Assembly: GCF_006345805.1 (NCBI RefSeq)
Contig: NC_043009.1
Location: 19,840,001 to 19,904,000, forward strand
Direction: 5' to 3'
DNA from: Octopus sinensis
Taxonomy: Eukaryota
Length of the DNA: 64,000 bases
The notes beneath the pieces are model-generated. The model saw only the letters and a list, made by a program, of their open reading frames with translations, did not search any database and had not been told where the DNA came from. Shown one piece after another: positions 26,902 to 40,940 of the stretch. Every line of letters starts with the position of its first letter. The stretch's first letter is position 1. Both the position numbers and the translations under genes were made by a program.

Positions 26902-27567
26902 CTACATACATATATATATATATATTATATATATATATATACATATATAAAATTTATTTATATATATGTATGTATGTATGTATTTGTTGAAAGATCCACC
27001 TTTGAACATCAAAGTAAACTCTTATTTAAAGCCAACCTATTGAAAATATGACAATTTTAGTTTTTAAATTAATCTCAGAAACCAAATGGAATATATCTTG
27101 TCTTCCTATATTAAATATTGCCTCGTTTTTTTTTTTTGGTTTTTGTTTAATAAAAAAATATATGTAAATATATATAAACAAAAGAATGATTTAAAGTGGA
27201 GCAAAGATTAAAGCACTAATGGAAGAATTAAAGTAAAATGCTAAGAAATGATTAGCAATTAAGTTTGTTAAACAATTCTTGAAGCAGAACTGTGTTGTGA
27301 AAATATTAGAGTTTAAAAATCACAAGAAATTTATTTAAAGAATTCATTATTCTTAGATAATATTAAAAAAAAAATCTCTGTTTTTAATTTTAATAAAATT
27401 TCTAAAAAAAAATTCATCTTCCTTTGTTCTTTCTTGCCACTATTAGCATTTCTTTAATTTGAATTTTCTCTCTCTCTCTCTCTCTCACCTTCACTCTGTT
27501 TCTCTCTCCCTCATTCCCTGTCTTTCTCCTTCATTCCTTTTCTCTCTTTCTCTCCTTGCAGCCTTAC

Positions 27568-27600
27568 CATCACTTGTCGTAATATCATGCTTGAATGATT
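27568..27600 (-). CDS. DACH: probable dachshund near-terminal microexon (33 nt, phase 1 to 1): (E)SFKHDITTSD(G)
   Basis: Acceptor ttcatattgctacag and strong donor GTAAGG. ESFKHDI resembles the DSLTPEI that begins the post-coiled-coil exon of DACH1 (recalled; weak similarity). Confidence 0.55.
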
Positions 27601-27747
27601 CTGTAGCAATATGAAGTCAGTGATGAGGAAACAGAGAGGGGTGGGGTGGAGAGAGAGAGAGAGAAAGAGGAAGAGAGAGAGAAGAAGATTGAAAGAAAGC
27701 AGAAGGGGGCAAAAGGAGAGGAGAGAGAGAGAAAATGAGAGAAAGTG

Positions 27748-27792
<45 letters not shown>

Positions 27793-30780
27793 CAATACAG
27801 AACAAAAAACAAGATAGATAGATAGAAAGAGAGAGAGAGAGAGAGAAGATAAGAAAGAGGTTGAGAGAAAGGGAAGGAAAAAAAGATTAACTGAAAGAAA
27901 GTGAGAGGAGAAAAAGGAGTTAGAAGTTGAATATATATATGTATATCAGGAAAGAAAGATAGAAAGAAAAGGGGAGAGAGGAGAGGGAGAAAGTGAGAGA
28001 GAAAGGGAGAAAGTGAGAGCGAGAGGGAGAGAGGAGATTAGAAAACAGAGAGAAAACTATATTTATTGCCTCATTTTTTGCAACCAATGTTTATTTTCTT
28101 TTTTCCTGGCTTTCCTTTGTGATTTCATCTCCTTTCGAGGACCTCTTTTCTAATTATTATTATTATTGTTATTATCATTATTATTATCATTATTATTTTC
28201 TATATCTAATTAACTTCAGTAATTGTGAAGCTTCACTGACAGATCACAGCCAAGTATTTCTTTGACTTTTCTACATATTTAGTTACACCACCTCTCACCA
28301 CCACCACCACCACCATCACCACAATAGACACCATCAACAACAACAACATTTAAAAAATATTATTTAAGAAAGGAAGAGGTAAAAGTAAAATAAGGGGAGG
28401 GGGAGATGAAAATGCTTGCAGTCCACTACTTTTTGCATGCTTAATTCATTAATGTTAATGTAGAAGGGGGAGGCAGTGGCAGTGGTGGTGGTGGTGGTGG
28501 TGGCCCCATGTTTACCTAAAAAAGGGACAGACTTGTATAAAAAAAACCCCAACAAAACCAGCAAAAAGAGTGCAAGAAGGAAGTAAACTTTACATTTTGC
28601 AGAACATCAATGAATTCCATGATAAAAAGAAGCGGAAAAGATTAGCACCATTTTAATAAATAGAGGAAAATAAGAAATAAAAATAAAGTTTTTTTAAAAA
28701 ATAAAAACAATAATTTTTTTTAAAAAATAAGAAAAGTTAAAAAGAAAGGCAGAAGAAAATATTTAAATAAAAACAAAGTAAATCTTGCTCTCTTTACACA
28801 CACACATATATTTGTGTGTGTGTGTGTGTATACACACACATATGTATACATATACATAAATACACAGACACACATACACATTATACATGTACATACATAC
28901 ATACATGCATACATACATACATACATATACATATATATATATATACACACACATATATATACATATAAATGTATGTCTGTATATATCCTCATTTCTTGCA
29001 GTCAACCAAGGAAGGAAGGAGAGAGTAAAAGAAGCAAAAAAGAAACACACACACACACAGAATAAAAACAAAGCGAAGGGTGTGTGAAGGGGAAGGAGGG
29101 AATGCAACCAAAAGTAAATTTAATTTTTTTAATTTAAAAAAATAAATAAATCTCTTGCAGAGAAATATAATTTCGTTATCCAGTTTAAACTGACAAATAA
29201 AAGTGAATTTTTAATTAGAAAAATTTTGATTTTTGAGCATCAAGCCTCCTGTCCCACCCTTCCACCCTCCACACTATTTCCTCCTCCTCTTCTACCTCCT
29301 CCTCCTCCTCCTCCTCCCCCCTCTTATGTAATTTATTCAACTTCACTAAATGAGACTTTAGTCATTTATCTCAGACTCTGAGTTTGATGATGGTGGGTGG
29401 GTGGGTGGGTGGTGTAAAGAATGAGGTCAGAGGGCAGAGATCATGGAATCAGGGATCAGAGTTTGCAAAGGAGAACATGGGGTCAATGATGGAGACAGGG
29501 TTTTGTTTTGGGGTTAGTGTTTGCTTTTCTTTTTTTTCTTTTTTTTCTCATCTTCAATGTTATTCTTGTACCTACCTACTTAGGTACTTCTCTCTCTATT
29601 TGTGTATCTGTCTGTTTGTCTACTGATCCATCTACCTGTCAGTTTATCTATCTATCTCTCTTTCTGTCTGTCTGTTTGTCCATCTGGCTATCAAGCCAGC
29701 CAGGCATCCATCCACCCCACCAGCCAGACATACTTTATTAAACAGGATTAATTTCTTTAATTCTCTCAATTCCCATTTCTCTATTTCTTTATTCTATTAT
29801 TCTCTAATTCTGCAATTCTCTAATTCTTTAACTCTCTAATTCTTTTAATCTTCAGTTGGTTTCAAGCTGTTGTTGTTGTTATTGTGTGGTGGTGGTCATG
29901 CTGGAGCTTTTCCTCTCCAAAAACTATTTAATAATATTCTTTGCATAAATTACAAAACAGCTACTTTATATCAAAATATATTCTAGAGATAACAGCCGAA
30001 TCTCCCTCACATCACACCCCACTATTGTAGAAACCATCAAGGTTGGTCATGGTTGGAATACTTTGATCATAGGTTTGCTTGATCAGAGCTAACCTAAGCT
30101 TAAACGGTACAATTGTTATTGAAGTATTGAGACCTAAACCTTTTCTTAAATTCCTATCAAAGAAATCTTTCACTGAGACGGTGCCGAAATGGTTTGATAG
30201 GATATCCCAGGAATAAAATCCAAACATTTCTATTACTTTAATCACTAATCTGTGCCATGCTCATCTTCAGAATTCAAGAATAATACTAAATTGAGCCAAA
30301 GAAGTGTGTATTGGGTGAGTTCCCCACATGTGCCAGAGACAGTAAATATTCTTTGTATGTTTTTTCACAGCTGCCATCTCTGAAGAGCATGTGGTATTAC
30401 TTAACCTCACTTTTATCTAATGTCGAGTTACCTAATACCAAGTGCAAAACTGATTAGTAAGGTTGGCTGAAATGGATCTATAATATTGTATATATTGGTT
30501 AATATATATACATATGTGTGTGTGTGTGCGTGTATTCCTCTCTCAAATAGTGAGACAATGTAAAATACAATTTGCTGGGCACTGCTTTAGGGATCATCAT
30601 TTGTCTTTTGGAGACCCCAGCCACCAGGTAAAAAAATGTCACAAACTCTTTTATCACGATGTAATCACTTGAGATTCAGAATGTGATGTATGAGAGATCT
30701 TAGTGTGATAATGCAGACTCAAGAGATTGGAGAGGAGTTGTGAAGATTCTCTCAAATGGGGTCATCTCAGAGAATGACTG

Positions 30781-31397
30781 CAGTAGTTCCTAACCTTTTT
30801 TCTGCTTGCAGAACACTTTAGAGCAAATATAAATATTTTGACATAATTTGTGCATAAAAAAATATATTAAAAATTACCATCTTAATCATCATATAAGTAA
30901 TAAGTAATTTAATACATTTTTTGACATTAAGATGGCCCTTAATACAAAGCTAGTCATTTCAAAATGCTCATATCTAAATTAGAATCTTGCATTTTAATTT
31001 TATATAAAAACCATTTTATGTTTTCAGCTCCAGTTTAATAAAGAAAAAGTTTGTTATTTAACAAAATCCCCCTAATTATTAATTATTTTCAAAATTAATT
31101 GAAACATATAGGCAGCATGTTTCATTAGATATACAGTCATGGAAAGGTTTTAACCCCACACAAAAATTAATTAAGTAATTACATCGTTAGTCAATAAATG
31201 ATGCAGAATTATCAGGACTGTTATTTTAAAAATGCCAGTTTGTAATTTTCTCATTTTAAAAACATTTAATAATTTTGGCAGTGTTTGTAGCTACACTTCA
31301 TAGTATTCTAGTTGTTCTGTGGCACACTATTGTTATGTGGCACACTATTGCTATGTGGCACACCATGGTCTGTGGCACACCGTAGTTTGTAACACTT
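30781..31397. mobile_element. possible old hAT-type MITE
   Basis: The left end CAGTAGTTCCTAACCTTTT resembles hAT CAGTGGTTCCCAACC termini. The right end has four 17-18 bp TGTGGCACAC repeats (about 31317-31390) and a decayed terminus. Confidence 0.35.
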
Positions 31398-32481
31398 TTT
31401 TGGAGCCATTGTACAAGAAGCTGGGTAATAAAAATTAGTTCTTCAGAATATTTGGCAAACGTTGATGGAAGATCTTGAGAGAATTGAGTAACAGATCAGA
31501 ACTGCTGCTACATTTAGAATTCTAAGTGAGACGATTTCACTTCAAAACAAGACCTTGCTCCTTCAAAGTGAGATTAACATGAAAAATATTTATTTAATAA
31601 AAAATTTAACATGAAAACACCATAATATTATTTGTAATATCAACAATTTAAATTTGGTTAACTATAAGTTTTCATCAACCAATCAATGTAGTAAAAAATA
31701 CTGTAATGCCTACCATTTTATTGTGGGGTTTGGGACTGTAATGGCCCTCAATCTCAATGAATGAAAACTTGTCAAACCATTAGGATTCTTCACCACATTG
31801 TTCTTTGATTAATATTGTGTCTTAGAAATATTCCTCTATGGAATCAAATGTAAATAAATCTATTTTTTGAAATAATTATAGGTTTGTTGAAAGTAAACTT
31901 CAATTCTGAGGAGTTACAAAAAGAAAAAGAAAAGAAAGAGAAAAACCTCTTTTTAGACAGTAAACAGTTTAAGTTTTGTTGAAATGACATTTGCTCACTT
32001 TGAACTCTCTGTTCTCATTTTGATGATTCATAGACTCACGAAATTGAAAAGATGGTTCCATGTTAATAATGCAATGGAATGATGAATATAGGTGAAGTGG
32101 GAGAGGTAATTAGTTGAAGTGAAGGATATTATAGTTAATTTTACAATTAGTGGAGAGCTATTGAGCCTGTGAAGGTTGATTGTTAGTTATTGATCCTGTA
32201 AATATATCTGGATTTCCTTGGAAACTAAAACAAAACCTCAATGTTTGCTGCATTTTGTGTCTACAACAACAACAACAACAACAACAACAAAATTCCTGGA
32301 AAGAAAAGATTGATATAAACTGGGAAGCTAAAAAATTGGTTTGGATGAAGAAATTTTTTTGCTGCAAGACAGCTTTAGACATGCATTAACATCAATTATT
32401 CAAGACTGCAAAATAGAAAATGATAAAAAGTATTTCTGATTGAAATTCATAATTGTTTGAATAATTTCTGGAATGACTAAC

Positions 32482-32691
32482 CTTTTTCAAAGTTGATTTG
32501 CCGTTCATGGTGTCTAGCATTCTCTGCAGCCACTTTCAGGAGTCCTTGAATATTGAGTAAAAGGGTTTCTATTGAGGATATACTCGGAGTATCTCCATTG
32601 AGGAGTTGTGAGGCAAAACTTTGACTCGATGTTGGGATTTTATCTGTTGTATCACCATTTGGTAAGGAATCATTAGTATCAGCACTGTCCT
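32482..32691 (-). CDS. DACH: dachshund exon with start of DD2 (210 nt, phase 1 to 1): DSADTNDSLPNGDTTDKIPTSSQSFASQLLNGDTPSISSIETLLLNIQGLLKVAAENARHHERQINFEK
   Basis: Acceptor tttaatttgttgtag and donor GTTAGT. SSIETLLLNIQGLLKVAAENAR is the hallmark DD2 motif (human SSIETLLTNIQGLLKVAIDNAR). The ORF track missed it because it has no start codon. Confidence 0.95.
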
Positions 32692-33586
32692 CTACAACAA
32701 ATTAAACAGAAATTTTTGAAGATTTACACTCAACTAATATCTCAAACACAATGGACATTTGGAATATTAATTTGTTTGGTAGGAATTTTTTGTTTAATAA
32801 GCAAGTTTTATTGCAGTCAATCATTATGTGTATTTATGAAGAGATATGCTTCAATAGGCATCAATTATCAAACTCATAACCACTTCTTTCATTAAAAAAC
32901 AGGTTATTGCGAAGGAGTATAAAGAGAGGTTTGGCAATTTATCAACAAACAACATTGAGCTGGAGGAAATATCATTATTTCTGCCATTGCAATTTTGATG
33001 AGAGAATTTGAGAAATAAACACAAAAGGACTGAAGCCAGAATATTAAACAGAATGTTCAAATTCTACAAAAGGGATTCACAGTTCATAGGGTACCATTGC
33101 CAATGTAGTGTGTCCATGGCAGTGAGCTGTGCACATCACAATGAAACATATGTTACAATACACACCCACATACACACATGCATACACACACACACACATC
33201 CACTGACATACACACATGCACACATATGCACACAATGGACTTCTTTCAGTTTCCACCTACCAATTCTGGAATTAGGCAAGCTTTGCTTCAACTACCTTCT
33301 CTGAGTCCTTTCTAATAAATGAATGAGCAGTTCTATCCCTGGAAAGGGCTGCTCAGTCACTGGGGCTGTTGCTGAATCACTCTATCACCATAGTTTGGAC
33401 AAAGGGGACCAATATTCCAAGCTGCCCGCATACAAGTTTGCAATGATAGATTTCCAGTTGGTCAAGCTTGTTATATTCCACTACGCCATTGGAGGACTTT
33501 GTCTAATCAATGCTTTTCCCCAGAATTTCCTGTGCATTGAATTGATTATCCATGTGTACATAGATACATACACACACACACAGAGG

Positions 33587-33674
<88 letters not shown>

Positions 33675-34229
33675 GTATGTATATCCTCTTATTCGTTTTA
33701 GTTATTGGCACTGTGGCCATACTGGGGCAGTCTTGAAGAGTTTAGTCAAACAAATTGACCCTCAAAAGTTAGGTACTTATTTCATTAATCTCTTTTGTCA
33801 AACCATGAAGTTACATCAAGTAGTGGGGATGAACACAGTGATATGCATACACACGCACACACACACATATGTATATATTACATGCTTCCTTATAGTTACC
33901 ACCTAACAAATTCACTCTCAAGGCATTGATCTACCCATATCCGAAAACATTTGCCCAGTGTAATGTGCAGTGAGATTGAACTTAGAACCATGGACTTATG
34001 AAGTGTACTTCTTAACCATTCAGCCATGCTTGTGCCAATACAGATGTATTCATACATACTTGTATGCATGCATATATGTGTATATACACACCCAAATACT
34101 ATATTAATATTATATACATATGAATTTACATTAATATGTTTGCTTTGTGAGACAAAAAAAAGTTAATTAATTTCATGTTTCTAATCAATTATAAATGTTA
34201 ATAATAATTACTCTGTGTATATGTGTATG

Positions 34230-34260
<31 letters not shown>

Positions 34261-34619
34261 GTGTTTGTGTGTGCATGTGCGCGCACGTGTATGTATGTGT
34301 ATATATTACTCTAGAGATGTCTAATTGCTCTTAATTTCTGGCATTCATATCTCTAAAATGGCTTTTCATGAATTCGTAAAGCATTCTTTACAAGTATATC
34401 AATAAGGTTTTTGCAGATAACCTCTTATCTTATTGTCTGTGTTTCTTATTGAACTTCATTCACATTGTTTGCTGGTGAAATTATAGAATGGTTTCCTTTT
34501 GTTTCAGCGTATTGATTGATTTTTGCCTTTCAGAATAGAAAAATATTCGATAAACTGTGTTTAATATTATGTTATGTATGTTTTATATATATATATGTAT
34601 ACAAACATACATACATACA

Positions 34620-34737
<118 letters not shown>

Positions 34738-36277
34738 CATACACATATATTTATGAATGTATGTAGGTACATATGTATGTATGCATTCATACATATATAT
34801 ACATATATATATTATATATTTAAACATATATATATATTATATATATATATATATATATGCATGTATGTATGTATGTATATATATGTGTGTGTTGTGTGTA
34901 TATGTTGTGTTGTTTATTATTATATGTAACTTGAAGAAGATTGATTAAAATTGCATGTTTACTGAATAAATTTTTAACTATGAAAGATAAATTAATGATA
35001 AAGAAGTCATAACAAAAACAGAAATAAATGAATAAATAAAAATAAGCAACAAATATAAAAAGTGAAATAAAAGATGCAAAGTTAAAAACAATGGAACAAA
35101 ACAACAGCAGTAAACAGCAAACATAAAAATATATATATATATCAAAGATATATATTACAATTTTTTTGTTTTTAAAAGATTTACTTTTTCTATTTTTTTT
35201 CTATTTGTATTTTTATTACATTTTATGTTTTTATTTTGTTTTATTTTTACATTCAAAGTATTTGATGCGAGATAAAATGGCACTAGCGACTTGTGTAACA
35301 TTTGATAGTTTTTTATTGAATTTATTGAAGGAAGAATGAAAGCCAAAGAAAAGCTTGGCCAAATGAAAAGGTTTGATATTTTTATCAAAGTGCAGATGCT
35401 ATTTAAAATTTGAACTTTACTCCAATACAGTCTGCTGTAATTTTTGTTTAAATGGCATCTTTTTCACTGATTGTTAGGCAATAAAAATTGTAATTGGGAC
35501 TGCTTTAGAGTTAATTGGTATTTCTATGTTTAATGAGTCAACTTTCAGTGTTGATTAGTTAAAATTTTTATCTCAGTGTTTGTCCATTATGAAAAAAAAA
35601 ATAAAACAAGAAATGAAATGTTCACTGACATTAATTTTAAAATGGCAAACAAAACAAACAAAAATAACAACAACCAAAGAACACAAAGACACAAAAACAA
35701 AAGAAATCATAGAAATTGGAGATAATGTGAATGTGTGTATGTAGTTGTGTGTATGTGTATATGTAGTGATGTATGTGTGTGTATAGTAGATAGATAGTGA
35801 GTGTATGTATTTAGGGTTGTGTATGCATATGTGCATGTAGGTGGGGTGTTGTATGTATATATGGATATAGTGGTGATAGCAGTGTGTATGTATATATTTT
35901 GGTGTATATATGTTTTCATACTTGCATGTGTGTGATTGTGTGTGTGTGTATTGGTGTGTATATGTAGATATATATATCATGTATGGGTGTAAGTATGTAT
36001 GTATATAAATATGTATTGGTATGTTATATATATGCACATACACACACACACACAGATACACATATGCATATATATGTATATATATAAATATATCATGTAT
36101 GTATGTATATATATATATATATACATACATATATATACATATCATATATATACATAACATACATACATATATATATATAATATTATATATATATAGTATA
36201 TATATATATATATATATATGCTTGTATGCATGAAAGTATGCATGCATGAAAGGGCATGTGTAAGCATTAACGTGTGT

Positions 36278-36322
<45 letters not shown>

Positions 36323-37205
36323 CATACATACACATATATACATATACATATATACATATACATATATGTATGTATGTAAGTATGTATGTATGTACATGTG
36401 TAGGTGAGGGTTAGTGAGTGGGAGAGTGGAGTGGAGTAGGGGGGCATGTAATATAAACAAAACCAGTAAAAGAACATGTTGTAATTGCATTAGATTCGGG
36501 CTTGAACAAGAGAAGATCAAGAAATGCCTCTAATTGCTATCATTCAGCGAAAATTAAAGTTAGGGAGATGGAGTTTGAAATAAAACAAAGACGATATTTT
36601 AAAAGATCTTCATTTTCTAAATTCGCTGACCTATGTTGTTGTAGTTGTTAGGATCTGGTTTGCAAACGAGATCTTTTGTTATGACATATGCTTTGCAATT
36701 TATTGCAGAGAAGCTGGCTCTGGAGGAAATCTTCTTGCGATGTAACGGTGCATGGCAATGATTCATGAATAGACAACAGCACAACATACAGCACCAACCG
36801 ATTTAGACTTTTAGAATAATGTTCTTCTGAATATAGAAGACTGAGGGTGATGGCGATGGTGGTGGTGCTGGTGGTGGTAGTAATGTGGCAGAGTTAGTAG
36901 AAGTAGTTATGGAAGGGTTGTTGTTGTTATTGTTGTTAGGTGCTGATGGTGGTGTTAATTTGTGGTGGCATATACTGACAAATGGTGGTAGTAGTGGTAG
37001 TGGTGGTAATGTTGTTAAGAGTAGGGTGACGGCGAGGTGTCGACAGTGGTGGTATTAGTAATAGTAGTAATAGTAGTAGTGTTGGTGGTAGTGGTGATGA
37101 GTATTCAATTATAGAGTGCACATGACTTAGCCATTAACACGGGGGACATAAACACAGTAAACATGTTTTAGCCATGCAGACACACACATACATACATACA
37201 TACAT

Positions 37206-37243
<38 letters not shown>

Positions 37244-38475
37244 TACACATACATACATACATACATACATACATACATACATACATACATACATACATAC
37301 AACTTGATAAACTCGTTGTTAGTGCCACACACAGTAAAGTGGTTGGCACTAAGAAGGGCATTCAGCCACAGGAATCATGCCAAAGTGGACATAGCTTGGT
37401 GCAGTTGTCTGACGTGGCAGCTGCTAGCATACTGTCCAAATCTTACCAGCATGGAAAATGAACATTCAATGATGATGATTATGATGATGATGCATACTTA
37501 CATGCATACATACATATGTATACATACATACATTGTTCATTTAACCAAGCTCTCCAAGACAAAAATTAAAACCAAAATTATTTTGATTTTGATTTTGTTT
37601 TGACAAGTTCAAAAAAAAAAAAACGAACGAAATCACTGATGAAGAACTATCCAAAATTCTGACTGCCTCCTTTTTCTCAATATACGATATCTGTACACCA
37701 CTTCAAACTCTATATATGCACACATACATACATACATACATAATGCAAGCATACATACATACATACATACAAACATACATGCATACATATATAATGCATC
37801 CATCCATCCATACATACATACATACATACATACATACATACATACATACATACACACACATACATGTATACATACATCCATACATCGATCCATCCATCCA
37901 TCCATCCATCCATCCATACATACATACATACATACATACATACATACAATCCGAATGAAATCAAGAGAAAACTGGGACAAAAGGACTTTATCAAAAAATT
38001 CAATAAACAATGATAAAAAATTATCTTATTTAAGGTTTAAAAGTCTTATCCCCATATTTCAAAAATAAAAACCTCTTAAAAGTATTGCTGTCATCATTTC
38101 TAAAAATAAACACTGAAAAATGGTGTGGCATCATTTCTAAAAAGCAACTACTACTTCTATCCACAGGAATGTATGTAAAGGACAAAATTTAATCAGTGAA
38201 CCACAGTTAAAACCAATGTACACAACTGTTGCCAGCACCATATGAACCTGAAGATTGCATAAATGCAAGGAAGGATACACGTTCAATAAGAATAGACATT
38301 TAATGTTTCATTTCATTTCTTTTTACTATATTATTTTATATCCTATATTAATATGAGAAGATTATAAAATAAAATGTGGAAAACAGAGTTGGAATTCCTT
38401 GAGTAATATATTCTTCTATACACAATCATACAAACCCCTTTATATATATATATATATATATAATATATATATATA

Positions 38476-38519
<44 letters not shown>

Positions 38520-40499
38520 CCATAGGTTTAGTTAAATTATTGGTACAGGAAGGAGCATTTAATTGCAAAGCCCAAATGTTGAGAAAGTCTCTTTCACTAC
38601 ATGCAAGCATGAAAAGTCAGACATGACAATAATAAGCATTTGAGAAATGATAGAAAAGAGGATGATTTATTTAAACTTTTAAAACTTTCTATAACTGCCC
38701 ATTTATGTTGCCTACAAGACTGAGATTGTCTTCAAGTTCTTCATGGCCAAAAATGGAATGGAACATGAAAATAACAGAAACAGGGAATAGTAGTAAAGTA
38801 AGGTATGACTCGTTCAGCAAATGAGATGGATGGTTCTTCTCGATAGTAATTCACTTTAGAATTATTCTGCTACAGAATTATGATTTATATTCCCAGATCC
38901 AGTTACTGCTTCTTCCTTCTATTTGCTGGTCTCTATTGTAATTTATTTATTTAAAGCTAACATCACTGTTTAAATTGAAGCAGTACAAGATAAATCTTTT
39001 TTTAATTTGTGAAATCTTGGAACACATACAATATGAACATTAAAATGAAATTTCAAAACTAAAAGATTCCAAAGCTTGCAGATTATTGCTTTTCCAAGTG
39101 TTAATTTGTTGATTAAGAAATTTTGATGAAAATACTTAATTTAGTAAATTTAAGAAAATTCTTTAAAACATGGATTTTGATAGTGAAATTAAATTTTAAA
39201 AATAAATTAATTCAGATTAGAAAATAAATGAAATAGATTAAGAATAATTATTGTTACTATTTGTTAGCATCATCTTCTTAGAGTTTTGGTTTTTCTGTGT
39301 ATAGTTGTTGCCCTTCTTGTATTATCAAGAATGGCGCTGCTAACAAAGATTACCATTTAATCTATGTAAATAATTAGATAATAAATATCTCTAAAATAGC
39401 ATGACAATAATTATATGAAGAAGAAATGAAGAGTCGAGGAATGGAGAATGAAGACATCGTTCTGAAATCTCGTTAACTGAAGAGAATAAAATTATTAAAA
39501 TAAATCAATGAATGTGGTGGTGTGTAGGGTGGGTAGATACAGAGATGAGAAATGGAGAAATAAAATAGTAGCAGTAGCAGTAACAGCAATAGTAGTAGTG
39601 GTGGTGGTGGTGGTGGTGGTGGTGGTAATAGAGGTAGCAGCAGCATTGTCAAGTCGACTATCTCAATTGCTAGACATAATAGAATTGCATTCACAGATTA
39701 AATCTAATAGTTATGGCATCATATCCAATAATCGGAGCTGAAGCTAGCCATCAACAACCACAACAATGGGATTCCTACTTTTCAAACATATTGGTCTGGG
39801 ACTCAGAGAAAAGAATTGAAATGAAGAAAAGAACGAAGAATATAAAAGAAAGACTCTTCTGAATTGGAAAGTAATTTGAGAATCAGCGAAGTAAAAGAGA
39901 TTTACAAAAATAAGTTGATGCTTGAACTGTAAAAATTAATCAGTAAGTTCAAGAGGGGGCATATTTCTGGTGACCTGTAGGCCATTCGGAAACAAAAATA
40001 TGAAAATAGAATTGCAATAACTCAAAGTCGAATAGAAAACATGAGTGAAGGGGGTGTTGGGGGTGGAAGAAATGGACAATGAAGGACAAGTGTATTTAGA
40101 ATGAATATCTTTCAAATAATGGACTGGAAACAGAACTGTGACAAGACTCACTGCAAGTAATTAAATGAAGCAATAATAATAACTATACGGTCAAATAAAC
40201 TTCAACGAAAATATTAGAGTTTGAATGACGGTTTCAAACTGGCAGCTATTCTCATAGAAATTCTTTTTTATAGAACACCAATTGCTAAGCTTTGAAATGT
40301 TGAAAAGCTGTGGTCTTTGTAATAAGATTACAGAATCTATAGAATTCTGACCAAAATATATTCTGTTTCAATGAAAGGTTTTGACTTTTGGGTTGGTGTC
40401 TTTTAAACTGCATGGAATCATTTCAAATAGATCAATTTAATTCCCAAATTACTGATTCGTATTTTAACAGGTTTAATTATATTTAAATTACATCTAATA

Positions 40500-40539
40500 C
40501 ACACACATATGATAAATATATATATGTATTTATATGTGC

Positions 40540-40572
<33 letters not shown>

Positions 40573-40679
40573 TAATATATATATTATATATATATATATA
40601 ATATATTATATATATATATATATATACATATACATAATATATATATATATATTATATATATATACATAATATATATATA

Positions 40680-40755
<76 letters not shown>

Positions 40756-40864
40756 CAATATATATACATATATATACATACATATATATATATATGTATA
40801 TATATTATATGTATATACATATATATATACATATATATATATACTATATATATATATATATATT

Positions 40865-40895
<31 letters not shown>

Positions 40896-40940
40896 GTATG
40901 TATATATATATGTATATATATATGTATGTATATATCATAT
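40500..40940. repeat. (TA)n-rich microsatellite
   Basis: Read directly. Similar tracts lie at 34580-34900, 35730-36410, 50860-51300 and 62990-63250. Confidence 0.95.

Noticed and set aside
30250-30290. CTG AAG ATG (LKM) as the missing coiled-coil exon
   Set aside because: It is preceded by an in-frame stop, has no acceptor and is not followed by ERE/LEKQ.
31317-31390. TGTGGCACAC repeats as a CRISPR-like array
   Set aside because: The 17-18 bp period leaves no real spacers, the context is eukaryotic and there are no cas genes; it fits a MITE subterminal repeat better.
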